DNA of 64,000 bases from positions 7,378,001-7,442,000 of the forward strand of contig NC_043026.1 in the NCBI RefSeq assembly GCF_006345805.1, in the 5' to 3' direction. Positions 51,223 through 63,340 of the stretch are shown piece by piece. The DNA is from Octopus sinensis. Its lineage: Eukaryota. The notes below the pieces were generated by a model. The model searched no databases. It was not told the origin of the DNA and saw only the letters and a program-made list of their open reading frames with translations. Numbering within the stretch: the stretch's first letter is position 1; each line of letters opens with the position of its first letter. The position numbers were made by a program, and so were the translations under genes.

Positions 51223-52728
51223 TCACATGGAGACCGTTTGCTCGTAGTGTTTGCGCCTGTGTCGTGCAATGTAAGAACTATCCGAATAGGATTTCCCACA
51301 CACTTCACAATGATACGGACGTTCCCCCGTGTGGGTCCTTCGGTGCTGCTTCAAACTGTTGCTAGAAATAAAGCATTTCCCACACGTCACACAGCAATGT
51401 CGTCTGGTTCTGCTGTGGCCCCGTTTGTGGACTAAAAAATTAGAACTGTTAGAGAATGATTTGCCACATTCTTCGCAATGGTACGGCCTTTCGCCTGTGT
51501 GTATTCGGTTGTGTTTGGTTAAATCGCTATTAGAATTACAAGACTTTCCACACGTTATACAGTGGTAGCGTCGGTCCTTGGTGTGGGTTCTCTTGTGACG
51601 CGAGAGATTAGAAGAACCAGGGAACGATTTTCCGCACAGTTCACAACGATACGGTTTCTCGCCCGTGTGACTACGTTTATGAACTTCGAGGTCAGAATTT
51701 CGAAAGTACGACTTACCACAGGTTTCGCAGTAAAAGCTTTTTTCCGCAGTGTGTACTATTTTGTGATTTCTCAACTGATTGTTACTGGCAAAAGATTTTC
51801 CGCACGTTTCACAGTGGAATGTTTTTTGCTCAGCGTGCGTTCTCTGGTGATTGGTTAAATTTCTGTTACACACAAAAGATTTCCCACAAATTTCACAGTT
51901 AAACGGTTTCTCTCCTGTGTGTGAACGTTTGTGGATAACAAGAATAGAGTTGGCGCAGAAAGCTTTCCCACAAATTTCACAGCAAAAGGGATTTTCCGCA
52001 GTGTGTATGATTTTGTGTCTGACCAAGTTACTTTTCCTGGTAAAAGTTTTCCCACAAGTTTTACAATTGAACTGTTTCCCTCCATTGTGGATTGTCTTAT
52101 GAATTGCTAGATGAGTTTTCTGTGTAAAAGATTTCCCACAGATTTCACAAGTAAACGGTTTCTCCCCCGTATGGACCCTCACGTGTCTTGCTAATTCACC
52201 GTTCGAAGCAAAACATTTCCCACAGATTTCACACGCAATCGGTTTTTCCCCAATGTGTATCCTCCTTGTGTGTATTCTTAAATATTTCTTAGTGCGGAAA
52301 CATTTCCCGCATATATCACAACGAAAGGCCCTTTCTCTGGCGTGGGTCCTTTTGTGCGTTGTTAAATAACTGTCAAAAGCAAAGGTTTTGCCACACACCT
52401 CACAGGCGAACGGTTTTTCCGTTGTGTGTCTTTTTACATGTTTTCTTAAGCAATTCTTATCAGGAAAACATTTCCCACACATTTCACAGCGACAGGGTTT
52501 TTCGCCAGAGTGTGTCTCTTTGTGTTCGAAGACTTCCTGTTCTGAAGGGAAAATTTTCCTACAAATCCCGCATCTATATTCAATAATATATCCCTTTAGT
52601 GATCGGTCATTAGTAAATATTTCCCCATCCACAGGCTCCTCGTCTCCGTCGGTCAGTGTAACTGCATCTACATCGCTAAAAGCAGTTGTGTTTGAAGAGT
52701 CCAAGTGTATAATCTCCTCCATATTCAT
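51223..52728 (-). CDS. C2H2 zinc-finger protein with 16 fingers, uninterrupted CDS (501 aa; 499 aa from the MEE start at 52722)
   Basis: 16 C-x2-C-x12-H-x3/4-H units with TGEKP-type linkers after an acidic leader. In-frame stop 6 codons upstream. Candidate acceptor at 52948. Confidence 0.95.
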   Translation of the reverse strand: MNMEEIIHLDSSNTTAFSDVDAVTLTDGDEEPVDGEIFTNDRSLKGYIIEYRCGICRKIFPSEQEVFEHKETHSGEKPCRCEMCGKCFPDKNCLRKHVKRHTTEKPFACEVCGKTFAFDSYLTTHKRTHARERAFRCDICGKCFRTKKYLRIHTRRIHIGEKPIACEICGKCFASNGELARHVRVHTGEKPFTCEICGKSFTQKTHLAIHKTIHNGGKQFNCKTCGKTFTRKSNLVRHKIIHTAENPFCCEICGKAFCANSILVIHKRSHTGEKPFNCEICGKSFVCNRNLTNHQRTHAEQKTFHCETCGKSFASNNQLRNHKIVHTAEKSFYCETCGKSYFRNSDLEVHKRSHTGEKPYRCELCGKSFPGSSNLSRHKRTHTKDRRYHCITCGKSCNSNSDLTKHNRIHTGERPYHCEECGKSFSNSSNFLVHKRGHSRTRRHCCVTCGKCFISSNSLKQHRRTHTGERPYHCEVCGKSYSDSSYIARHRRKHYEQTVSM

Positions 52729-53079
52729 TGAGGAATTCTTTAATCAACAAGCAATAATCATTCAGTTTAAAGTCAGGGTTAACTCAGCGAAGCTTTAATT
52801 TGGAAAATATATGATGCAGAATATATTCTCTGGTCGTCACAAGAAAGCATTTTGTACAGAATGGAAAGTCTCAAGGCGACAGATTGAGGCAAGAAAAAGA
52901 AAAACTTCGGCTTCCACGAGAAGAAACGGAGAAATGATTATTGGATCCTATGTAGACAATGAAAAACAAGTGGATGGTGTCTTTAACTGAGAGTAGTGGA
53001 CAGTCTGGTGGAATTGGCATTCATCTGTTACATCTTTGTGTGTGGTGTGTAAAGAGAAAGAGAGTGGGTAGATAGACAG

Positions 53080-53114
53080 ATGGATAAATATATGGATAGA
53101 TCGATAGACAGACG

Positions 53115-53164
<50 letters not shown>

Positions 53165-53400
53165 CAGATAGACAGACGGATAGATAGGCAGATAGATAGA
53201 CAGATAGATAGATAGATAGATAGATGGATAGATAGACAGATAGATAGATAGATGGATAGATAGATTGATAGAAAGATGGATAGATAGGCAGATAGATAGA
53301 CAGAGAGACAAACAGACAGATAGATATATAGATAGGTGGATAGATAGATAGACAGATGGAGAGATAGAAATTGATAGACTGACATATAGATAGATACGAA
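53080..53400. repeat. (GATA)n microsatellite
   Basis: Direct inspection. Confidence 0.95.
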
Positions 53401-53934
53401 ATATACAGTTATAGACTGGTTACATGTGCATCTTTTTTCCCGAGTTGTGGAATATTAGTCTACAAACATACAAGTATGTTTGCAGAGAGACAGAGAGACA
53501 CATGTTTCTGTGGGGAAGAGGAAAAGAGGAAATTAATGCAATAAATACGTACTTTAGAAGTGAAAAACAGATGAAAGGTAAGAAGTGTTCATTGATTGAT
53601 TTGTTGGTGATTAAAAGTCATTTCCCGTCCTTTTGTGGTTAATTAGGCAAAGAGTAATTAACGACGTTAATTCTGTGATGAAACGAAATATGAATCACGA
53701 ATCTGACAGAAGAAGCCACGGATGGAGGTTCTCATCCTTTCTCAGCCACAAACATCATCGTTCATCTAAACACGAGCTAATTACTACACAAAACATTTAA
53801 TTAACTCGGACTAATTAACAAGGAAACCGGTAGGCGGTGTCGTTGAGGATTATTTCCCTCGTTATAGTGACACCGGTGTCGTTCGTTAAAAGTCCCTGAT
53901 GTAGTTTAATACATTCGGAAACCACTTTGATTAT

Positions 53935-54146
53935 AGCCTTTTATTCTTTTATTTGTTTCAGTCATTTGACTGCGGCCATGCTGGGGCACCGCATTCAATC
54001 GAGCAAATCGATCCCAGAACTTATTCTTTGTAAGCCTATTACTTATTCTATCGGTCTCTTTTGCCGAACCGCTAAGTTACGGGGACGTAAACACACCACC
54101 ATCGGTTGTCAAGCGATGTTGGGGGGACAAACAGACATACAAGCAT

Positions 54147-54183
<37 letters not shown>

Positions 54184-55940
54184 AATACGACAGGCTTCTT
54201 TCAGTTTCTGTCTACCAAATCCACTCACAAGGCTTTGGTCGGCCCGAGGCTATAGTAGCAGACACTTGCCCAAGGTGCCACGCAGTGGGACTGAACCCGG
54301 AACCATGTGGTTCGTAAGCAAACTACTTACCACACAGCCACTCCTACGCCATCATATTAATTTGCTTCTTGGTTCTCATTTATTTTACTTGTGTATCCCT
54401 TTGACCCCTATTTTACTCTACTGGACCCTCATAACCATTCAGTGTTTTAAAAATCCTGTTATATTTTTACGATTTAATAATTTTAGGAATTGTATTCAAA
54501 AATCGCTCAAATATTTTGTGTATTGTAAAAGTTTAACCAATAAAAATTTAACAAAATCTTACGTCGACCCCCAAGGGTCATACGGACTCTGGCTCAGAAC
54601 CCCTGTTTTAATATATCCAGTCCGTAGTAAAGAAAACAAAGCCACCACACGACAAAATATTTATTAGGAACATATAAAGGAGTCTGCGTAGATACTCATC
54701 CTGTTAGCAGAGAAATCAGCCTCAAATCATCAAACTGGCCTCAGGAAGGAATATGTATTTACAGTAGGTGTGTGTGGATGTGTGTATGTATTATAAGCAA
54801 AAATATTTTTATATGTATTATTAGGAGTGGCTGTGTGGTAAGTAGCTTGCTTACCAACCGCATGGTTCCGGGTTCAGTCCCACTGCATGGCACCTTGGGC
54901 AAGTGTCTTCTGCTATAGCCTCGGGCCGACCAAAGCCTTGTGAGTGGATTTGGTAGACGGAAACTGAAAGAAGCCAGTCATATATATATATATATGTGTG
55001 TGTTTGTGTGTCTGTGTTTGTCCCCCTAGCATTTCTTGACAACCGATGCTGGTGTGTTTATGTCCCCGTTACTTAGTGGTTCGGCAAAAGAGACCAATAG
55101 AATAAATACTGGGCTTACAAAAGAATAAGTCCCAGGGTCGAGTTGCTCGATTAAAAGGCGGTGCTCCAGCATGGCCGCAGTCAAATGACTGAAACAAATA
55201 AAAGAGTAAAAGAGTAAAGAGTAAGCAAAAATAATTTAAGATTAATTAACACATAAAGCGCGACAGGTCCCAATCGTGGCCGTGAGGCACAGGTCAATGT
55301 ACTTAATTTATGGGTGTTTGTTTGAGTCTAATGCCACTCAAATGCTCCGATACCCTCCAGAATGCAAGAAGACTAATAGTCCAACGAATGACTTTTCAGA
55401 TAATGTAAAAATTGTCACCATTATATACTCTTTACTCTTTTACTTGTTTCAGTCATTTGACTGTGGCCATGCTGGAGCACTGCCTTTAGTCGAGCAAATC
55501 GACCCCGGGACTTATTCTATCGGTCTCTTTTGTCGAACCGCTAAGTGACGGGGACGTAAACACACCAGCATCGGTTGTCAAGCAATGCTAGGGAGACAAA
55601 CACAGACACACAAACACACACATATATATATATATGACAGGCTTCTTTCAGTTTCCGTCTACCAAATCCACTCACAAGGCTTTGGTCAGCCTGAGGCTAT
55701 AGCAGGAGACACTTGCCCAAGATTCCACGCAGTGGGACTGAACCCGGAACTATTTTTTGCTTTTTATGTGTGTATGGTTGTCTCATTTTCATAAAATGTG
55801 CTCAGAAGTCCGGGACTTATTCTTTTGTAAGCCCAGTACTTATTCTATCGGTCCCTTTTGCCAAACCGCTAAGTGACGGGGACATAAACACACCAGCATC
55901 GGTTGTCAAGCAATGCTAGGGGGACAAACACACACATGCA
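53935..55940. mobile_element. SINE family A copies: - (53935-54350), + (54823-55220), - (55425-55750), - partial (55810-55940)
   Basis: Each matches the family A head and/or tail. Confidence 0.85.
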
Positions 55941-56279
55941 CATATATATATATACATATATATTCTATGTAAGAGCAAATCCCAGTACTTTATGGGTTAA
56001 AATGATTTAGTGTTTTAAAGAATTAAACGTCAATCTTTGGCTTTAGGTGCATGTATCTGCGGGTCTAATACTGAAAAAAACAAAACAAAAAACAACAAAA
56101 CATCCCCATTTCTTGGAACGATTATTCATATAAAGGCATAAAAGTCATTAAATAAGTTGTTTATTGATTGAAAAATTTTACTTTAATAGCAACACTTTTG
56201 GGCGGAATTCTGGTTTCAGCATTCCGTACAACGCCTCATAATTTTTTTCTTTTTAGAAACGTTTTACTAATTTGTCTTC

Positions 56280-56830
56280 TTTTCCATTCTAGGCACAAGG
56301 CCCGAAATTTGGGGGGAGGGGACCAGTCGATTAGAGCGACCTCAGTACGCAGCTAGTACTTAATTTATTGACCCCGAAAGGATGAAAGGCAAAGTCGACC
56401 TCGGCGGAATTTGAACTCAGAACATAACAGCAGACAAAATACCTATTTCTTTACTACCCACAAGGGGCTAAACACAGGGAGGACAAATAAGGACAGACAA
56501 ATGGATTAAGTCAATTACATCGACCCCAGTCCGTAACTGGTACTTAATTTATCGACCCCGAAAGGATGAAAGGCAAAGTCGACTTCGGCGGAATTTGAAC
56601 TCAGAACGTAACAGCAGACAAAATACCTATTTCTTTACTACCCACAAGGGGCTAAACACAGGGAGGACAAACAAGGACAGACAAATGGATTAAGTCAATT
56701 ACATCGACCCCAGTCCGTAACTGGTACTTAATTTATCGACCCCGAAAGGATGAAAGGCAAAGTCGACCTCGGCGGAATTTGAACTCAGAACGTAGCAGTA
56801 GACAAAATACGGCTATGCATTTCGCCCAGT
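56280..56830 (-). mobile_element. SINE family B with two internal 184-bp tandem units
   Basis: gaccccgaaaggatg at 56370, 56554 and 56738. Confidence 0.9.
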
Positions 56831-57345
56831 GTCCTAATAATTCTGCCTTTCTAATTTGTCTTCTACACTCGGGATTTCACAAGATTATGCAAAAAAAAGA
56901 AAGAAAGAAAAGCGTATGTGTAATTTAAAGATGATTTAGCTGTTATGTTTAGCACATTTCACGACCACATGATATCTTCCATGTTTCTTTGTCACTGATG
57001 TGTATTGATCTTCCCGTAAACACATTTAATGGAATGGTGATGCACGCAAGGCTGGTCCCTTGCTAGGATTTAAGCAAGAAATTCGGACTAAATTAAATTT
57101 TTTTTAAAGTTGATTTATTTAGTTTATTCAATAAAGCCACCTTCGGCTTCAACAACTGCTTCTATATGAGATCTAAATCATCTTCATGCTCAAATCAAAT
57201 GGTTCTGCTTCATTTTGGACATTACATCAGTTTTAATGTAATACTTGCATTGTTCAATTAAATGGAGTCGCATGAAACGATCGTACTGCATGACCTCTGG
57301 ATATCCTTGTTGCTTATTTTGATTGTAATCACCCCATTTTGAATT

Positions 57346-57750
57346 ATACTCTTTTACTTGTTTCAGTCATTTGACTGCGGCCATACTGGAGCACCGCCTT
57401 TAATCGAGCAACTCGACCCCGGGACTTATTCTTTTTGTAAGCCCAGTACTTATTCTATCGGTCTCTTTTGCCGAACCACTAAGTGACGGGGACATAAACA
57501 CACCAGCATCGGTTGTCAAGCAATGCTAGGGGACAAACACAGACACACAAACACAAACACACGCATATATATATATACATATATACAACGGGCTTCTTTC
57601 AGTTTCCGTCTACCAAATCCACTCACAAGGCTTTGGTCGGCCCAAGACTATAGTAGAAGACACTTGCCCAAGGTGCCACACGGTGGGACTGAACCCGGAA
57701 CCATGTGGCTGGTAAACAAGCTACTTACCACACAGCCACTCCTGCGCCTA
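57346..57750 (-). mobile_element. SINE family A nested in an older repeat that is also seen at 44162-44310
   Basis: The flanks ...caccccattttgaattat | atagataataccatac... are contiguous in the 44.2-kb copy. Confidence 0.85.
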
Positions 57751-57939
57751 TATTATATAGATAATACCATACCAAATTATGGTGCCTTTAACTTAAGCAC
57801 CATATTCATCTGAATCTAAATTTTACTGAACTTATATATACAACAACTATTGAAGAGGTCACAAGAAGCAATGATAATTTGTAAAAAAAAAAAATTAAAT
57901 AAAATTAGTAAACGAATGGAAATCAAACCAGTGAGAGTC

Positions 57940-58430
57940 ATCATCATTGTTTAACGTCCGCTTTCCATGCTTGCATGGGTTGAACGATTTGACTGAGGGC
58001 TGGCGAACCAGATGGCTGCACCAGGCTCCAGTCTTGATCTAGCAGTGTTTCTACAGTTGGATGCCCTTCCTAATGCCAACCACTCCGAGATTGTAGTGGG
58101 TGCTTTTTACATGCCACCGGCACGGGGCTAGTCAGGCAGTACTGGCAATGACCTCACTTGAATCTTTTTACACATGCCACTGGCACAGGTGCCAGTAAGG
58201 CGACGCTGGTAATGATCGCACTCGAATGGTGCCCTTTTACGTGCCACCGGCACTGAAGCCAGCCGCTCTGGCAATGATCACACTCGGATGGTGCTCTTGG
58301 CACCCTACTAGCACGGGGCACAGGAGCCAGTAAGGCAAAGCTGGTAACAGTCACACTTGAATGCTGCCTTTTATGTGCCACTAGCACGGAAGCCGGTTAG
58401 TCGCTCTGGCAACGACCACGCTTGGCATTA
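57940..58430 (-). mobile_element. Retroposon family C
   Basis: Reverse copy with several internal sub-repeats. Confidence 0.85.
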
Positions 58431-59256
58431 ATAAGGCATCAACACAGAATGAATCTCTCCAGACACAACAAAATATGCTTCAATACATTAATTCACACAA
58501 AGAATCTTGCAAACCAAATGCAAAAACAATATTAAAATAAAACAACAAAGAAATATATATATATCATGGATAAAGACACGTTTGAACAAGAAAAATTTAT
58601 TTTTAATGTTATGTTTTTTGCAATAATTAATTTTTTAATGTTATATAACATGCAATGTAAATTTACAGCTTTTGTCTTCATTAATTTTTTTGTCATTTCA
58701 CTGTTTAAAGCTTATGTAATTCATTTTTTGAGTAAAATCCACAAGTGACCATCCATCACTATTCAGGTTTTTCTGTCAGATGCAGGACTTATTCATTCAC
58801 ATTGTTTCAATTAATTGTTTTAAATTAATTATGCTTTATCTAGTAGCTTCGAGATTTTGATGATATAATACTTTATTTTTAGAATGACAATGTAGGGTAG
58901 GTGTGAGAAGCCAGATTAGGTTGATTCGAATGTAAAATAAGGAAAATATTTGGGCTGGATATAACTGGATTAAATCCTAAAGGTTTACGTTAGTTTAGTC
59001 ATAATATCTCACTCGCCACTGAGAGCAGGGCTGGGAATAACAACTACTTAAAAGAGGTGGGCAAGGTTGGTGCTAAAAAAAAACAAAAAAAAAAATGGTT
59101 AAGAATCATTGTATTGGAGAAAAGATTTTCATTCAATGAGAACACACTTCTAGATATACGAGATGGAACTTCAAAGTCAATTATTTCCGACAAACAACCA
59201 CCACCCTACCGACACAGGTTGGGGTTTCGAGTTGAGATTCGCAGCAGAAGGACCCC

Positions 59257-60006
59257 TCATGTTTCGCTGTTGAATGGTTTCCCTCGGCTGTGGATTCGTT
59301 TGTGTCTCTTCAAATGACTGTTTGTTAAAAAGGATTTCTCACAGATTTCACAATGATACGGCTTTTCTCCCGTGTGACTCCGGATGTGGATAACAAGGTG
59401 GGAATTTTGAGTGAAAGAGTTTCCGCAGATTTCGCAGTGGAAAAGTTTCTGTCCCGTGTGGATCTGTCTGTGCGTCTTTAAGAGGAAATTAGTGCTGAAG
59501 GCTTTGCCGCAGATTTCACAGTGGAAAGGTTTCTCTCCAGTATGGCTACGTATGTGGGTCACGAGATGAGATTTGTTCACAAAAGATTTTCCACACAAGT
59601 CGCACTCATACGGTTTTTCCCCCGTGTGGATTCTTTGATGAACGACTAAGTTAGAATTCTGAGTGAAAGATTTTCCACAGATGTCGCAGTGGAATGGTTT
59701 TTCACCTGTGTGGATCAACTTATGCTTTGTCAACACACTGGTGGACACAAAATATTTCCCACAAATTTCACAGCGGAATGTTTTTTCCTTACTGTGCATT
59801 TCTTTGTGCACGAAGATATCTAATTGCGAAGTGAAAGTTTTCCTACAAATCTCACAAGAATATTGAGGAATATCGTCGTACAAAGTTCTTTGATTGGTAA
59901 ATGTTTCGCTATATAAAGGTTTCTCATCTCTGTCTGTCAGTGTAACTGTCTCTATATCATTAAAGACAAGTGTCTCAGGATTGTTGAAGTGACTAAGGTC
60001 CTCCAT
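59257..60006 (-). CDS. C2H2 zinc-finger protein with 7 fingers, uninterrupted CDS (249 aa)
   Basis: 7 C2H2 units with TGEKP linkers. The leader is homologous to the 16-finger gene. Acceptor tttctttgcag| at 60203. Confidence 0.95.
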   Translation of the reverse strand: MEDLSHFNNPETLVFNDIETVTLTDRDEKPLYSETFTNQRTLYDDIPQYSCEICRKTFTSQLDIFVHKEMHSKEKTFRCEICGKYFVSTSVLTKHKLIHTGEKPFHCDICGKSFTQNSNLVVHQRIHTGEKPYECDLCGKSFVNKSHLVTHIRSHTGEKPFHCEICGKAFSTNFLLKTHRQIHTGQKLFHCEICGNSFTQNSHLVIHIRSHTGEKPYHCEICEKSFLTNSHLKRHKRIHSRGKPFNSET

Positions 60007-60489
60007 ATCAATATTCTTGAAGAATTCTTTCTTAAGAGCTAAGAAATGTCTTGCGAATATAATCTATAAAAGTTCAGTTCCTTGTCTTTGATATGACAGA
60101 CGTCTGTTCACAAGCGTGAGAAATATGAAGTGGAGATGTTATTTTCTGTTCACCAGGAGAAAAGTTTGCACTGACTTGTAATGGAGCAATCGGCTGGCAT
60201 ACCTGCAAAGAAAGCAAAAATATGACGGTTTAACGCTGGTGCCAGAACGAAAATGTACATATGTGTGTGTGTGTGTGCACGAGCTGTGGACCAAAACATT
60301 TAAACTCTCTGTTACATGATTTGGTGGAATCTAAATAATTGTAGTAAGGTTATTATGAAAAGCACAACCCTTTTGAAACAAGGCCCCTAGTTTTATTATA
60401 CGATTTCTCAATTTTAAAGTGATCCAAATTAAAAACTTCCATCAAAATTCATGTTAGTTTTGAAAATGACAGGCATTTTATTAAATTCT

Positions 60490-61150
60490 TCATCATCGTT
60501 TAGCTTCTGCTTTCCATGCTAGCATGGGTTGGACGATTTGACTGAGGACTGGTAAACCACATGGCTGCATCAGGCTCCAATCTGATCTGGCAAGGTTTCT
60601 ACAGCTGGATGCCCTTCCTAACGCCAACAACTCCGAGAGTGTAGTGGGTGCTTTTACATGCCACCAGCACGGGGGCCAGTCAGGCAGTACTGGCAATGAC
60701 CTCACTCGAATCTTTTAACACATACCACCGGCACGGGTGCCAGTGAAGCGACGTTGGTAACGATCATGCTCGAATGGTGCCTCTTACATGCCACCGGCAC
60801 TGAAGCCAGCCACTCTGGCAACGATCACACTCGGATGGTGCTCTTAGCACCCTACTAGCACAGGGCACAAGTGCCAGTAAGGCGAAGCTGGTAACGATCA
60901 CACTCGAATGGTGCCTTTTAAGTGCCACTGGCACAGAAGCTGGTTAGCCGCTCTGTCAATGGTCACGCTCGGATGGTGCTCTTAGCACCCTACTAGCATG
61001 GGGCACAGGTGCCAGTAAGGCAATGCTGGTAACGATCACACTCGAATGATGCCCTTTTATGTGCCACTGGCACGGAAGCCGGTTAGTCGCTCTGGCAACG
61101 ATCACACTCGTATGGTGCTCTTTGCACCTTGCTAGCATGGACATCAGTCA
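60490..61150 (-). mobile_element. Retroposon family C (long copy)
   Basis: Reverse copy with multiple internal sub-repeats. Confidence 0.85.
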
Positions 61151-61516
61151 TCGAATTTGATCTTGATTTTTCTAAAATTAATTAAGTCAAAGAGAGTGTA
61201 TTTCAACAGAAATTGGTAACGAAAGGGTTAAAAATGAGAGGAACACATGAATCAGGAAGTTAGGATCCCTTTATTTCATCAGTAACATGTTTTTGGGGAT
61301 CAATATAAGGCTGTGAACTGGCAGAATCATTAGAATTCTGGGCAAAATGCTTGGCAGCATTTCATCTGTCTTTTGTGTTTTGAGTTCAAATTCTGCCGAG
61401 GTCAACTTTGACAGAGCCCTTCACCCTTTCATATAATGGCCACTGAGGAAACTAGGGAGAGATGAATGACTTGGTGAAAGTTAGCCATGTATACAGGCAG
61501 GCCCAATCTTCCCAGT

Positions 61517-61657
61517 TCTTTTACAGGGCTTAGGAAAATTGAAGGACTGTTGCAATAAATGTGTGAATTTGGGAGGGGAATATGTTGAACAAAATCACAA
61601 TTAACCTCTTGTATTTTCTTTTACCTAAAGCCAGGACCTTTTCAGCAACCCCTTGTA
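61517..61657 (+). mobile_element. Mariner 3' end relic
   Basis: GLGKLKDCCNKCVNLGGEYVE followed by a TIR-like ggaccttttcagcaaccccttgta. Confidence 0.6.
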
Positions 61658-61665
61658 CATGTGTG

Positions 61666-61667
<2 letters not shown>

Positions 61668-61747
<80 letters not shown>
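61668..61747. repeat. (AG)n microsatellite
   Basis: About 40 perfect units. Confidence 0.97.
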
Positions 61748-61750
<3 letters not shown>

Positions 61751-62475
61751 CACGTGTTAACCCTATGATGGCCTTCGTCAAACACACGTAAAATAAAAAT
61801 CATTGTAGCTCTGATTATCTTGACCTTTTGTTTTGCTATCAAGGACTGTATTGTTGACAGAGTCCTTCCTTTTATGAAAAGGTCGACTATGATTTAAGAG
61901 AGATTAGCTGTTATGTTTAACTTGAACAAATAACGATGAAAGGTACCCAGTCAAGATTTGCTGATCAAATGAAAAAGTGTCAGAAAACTTCACTGGTTTA
62001 TTTGCTGGGGGTCAAAAGTCATTTCTCGTCCTGTCCTGTAAATTAATTGACGATGTTAATCTTGTGATAAAACAACGGAACTTCGACCCTGAACACACGG
62101 AGGTCACCCTCCCTTAGTTCACCTTAAAACGAGATAATTACTGCACAAGATATTAATAAAATTAGCTTGACTAATTAGAAACGTACTAAATGGGTGGTGC
62201 CATCGATAATATTCCTCACGTCTCATGCAGATGATAGAAATTAAAATCCCTAAAATATAATTTAATACACTTTCATAAACACTAACGGGGGCATTCTAAC
62301 AGAATCACATCGGAAATAACCCAGAATGGCAAAAACTAATTTCTTCGGATTTGCATTCTAAGTATCTGAGAATGCGATTTATATATAATATATATATTAT
62401 TGTCCCAGTTTGTATTTTTCTACATATTTATATATAGCGGCGTCCGTACCCTCGTTGGCCTTATATATATATAAT

Positions 62476-62525
<50 letters not shown>

Positions 62526-63161
62526 TATATATGCACACGCGTATACATACAGGGGGAGAATTTTTTGCCCTCAACCTCTCCTTTAACGTAATTTTCCAGA
62601 TTTGATTTCTCTTTTGAAAACATAACCTTTTTGTCGCATTTATATATTAAACATCTGCGCTCAATAAATATTCTTCAAAGTTACGTTTAACATAAGAAGA
62701 AAAAAATTACGAAAAACCCCTCAAAGCTGAAGGTAAGCCGAAAAGGAGCCCGGGGGTGGGTGGGAATGATTCCCCTCCCTCTTTTTTAGATGCGTAAGCT
62801 ACGATGTTTAAAACACACAGTTAGAAGAAATTGTGGTTTGGGGTTACACTAGATAATTACCGATTCTATCCGAAGAGAATAAACCGAAAGAACTATTAAA
62901 TACCCATCAAATCACATCCCGAACGACACATTTTTGTCGAAGTCCAGGTTATAAATACACACAAGAGCGGGGCGGTCATGACTGGGACGCCTATGATAAT
63001 TCAATAACAAAAAAAAAAAAAAGAAAGAAAGAAAAAAGAAAGGAAATACCATGCAAAAAATTGACCGGAAAATGGAGAATAATAAAAAAAAAAATGCCAA
63101 CCTCTCTGCCATCACCACCACCATTTAAAACCCTTGTTTTAAATGTATTAAAATTACTTAC

Positions 63162-63340
63162 CAGATAATACCCGGTCCGAATGGTGTTAATTCATAGATG
63201 TAAATGAAGAACTTCGGAAGCGGCTATAATTAATTTAAATTAATTATACGCATCACTGATGTTATTTAAGCAAGAACAATGAAGACGATTGCGGAAAAAA
63301 CTGAAAGGTCGAGCACTTTGGAAGGAAGAACGGAGCTGTC
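63162..63340 (-). other. Possible non-coding 5' exon of the 7-finger ZNF gene
   Basis: Strong donor ctg|gtaagt at 63161 in unique CpG-containing sequence. The 5' limit is unknown. Confidence 0.3.

Noticed and set aside
51329-52798. Plus-strand ORFs overlapping the ZNF CDSs (also 59057-59317 and 59663-59866)
   Set aside because: These are antisense shadows of repetitive zinc-finger codons.
48250-56830. CRISPR-like regularly spaced repeats (165-bp and 184-bp arrays)
   Set aside because: The units are full tandem duplicates without unique spacers, there are no cas genes, and the context is eukaryotic.
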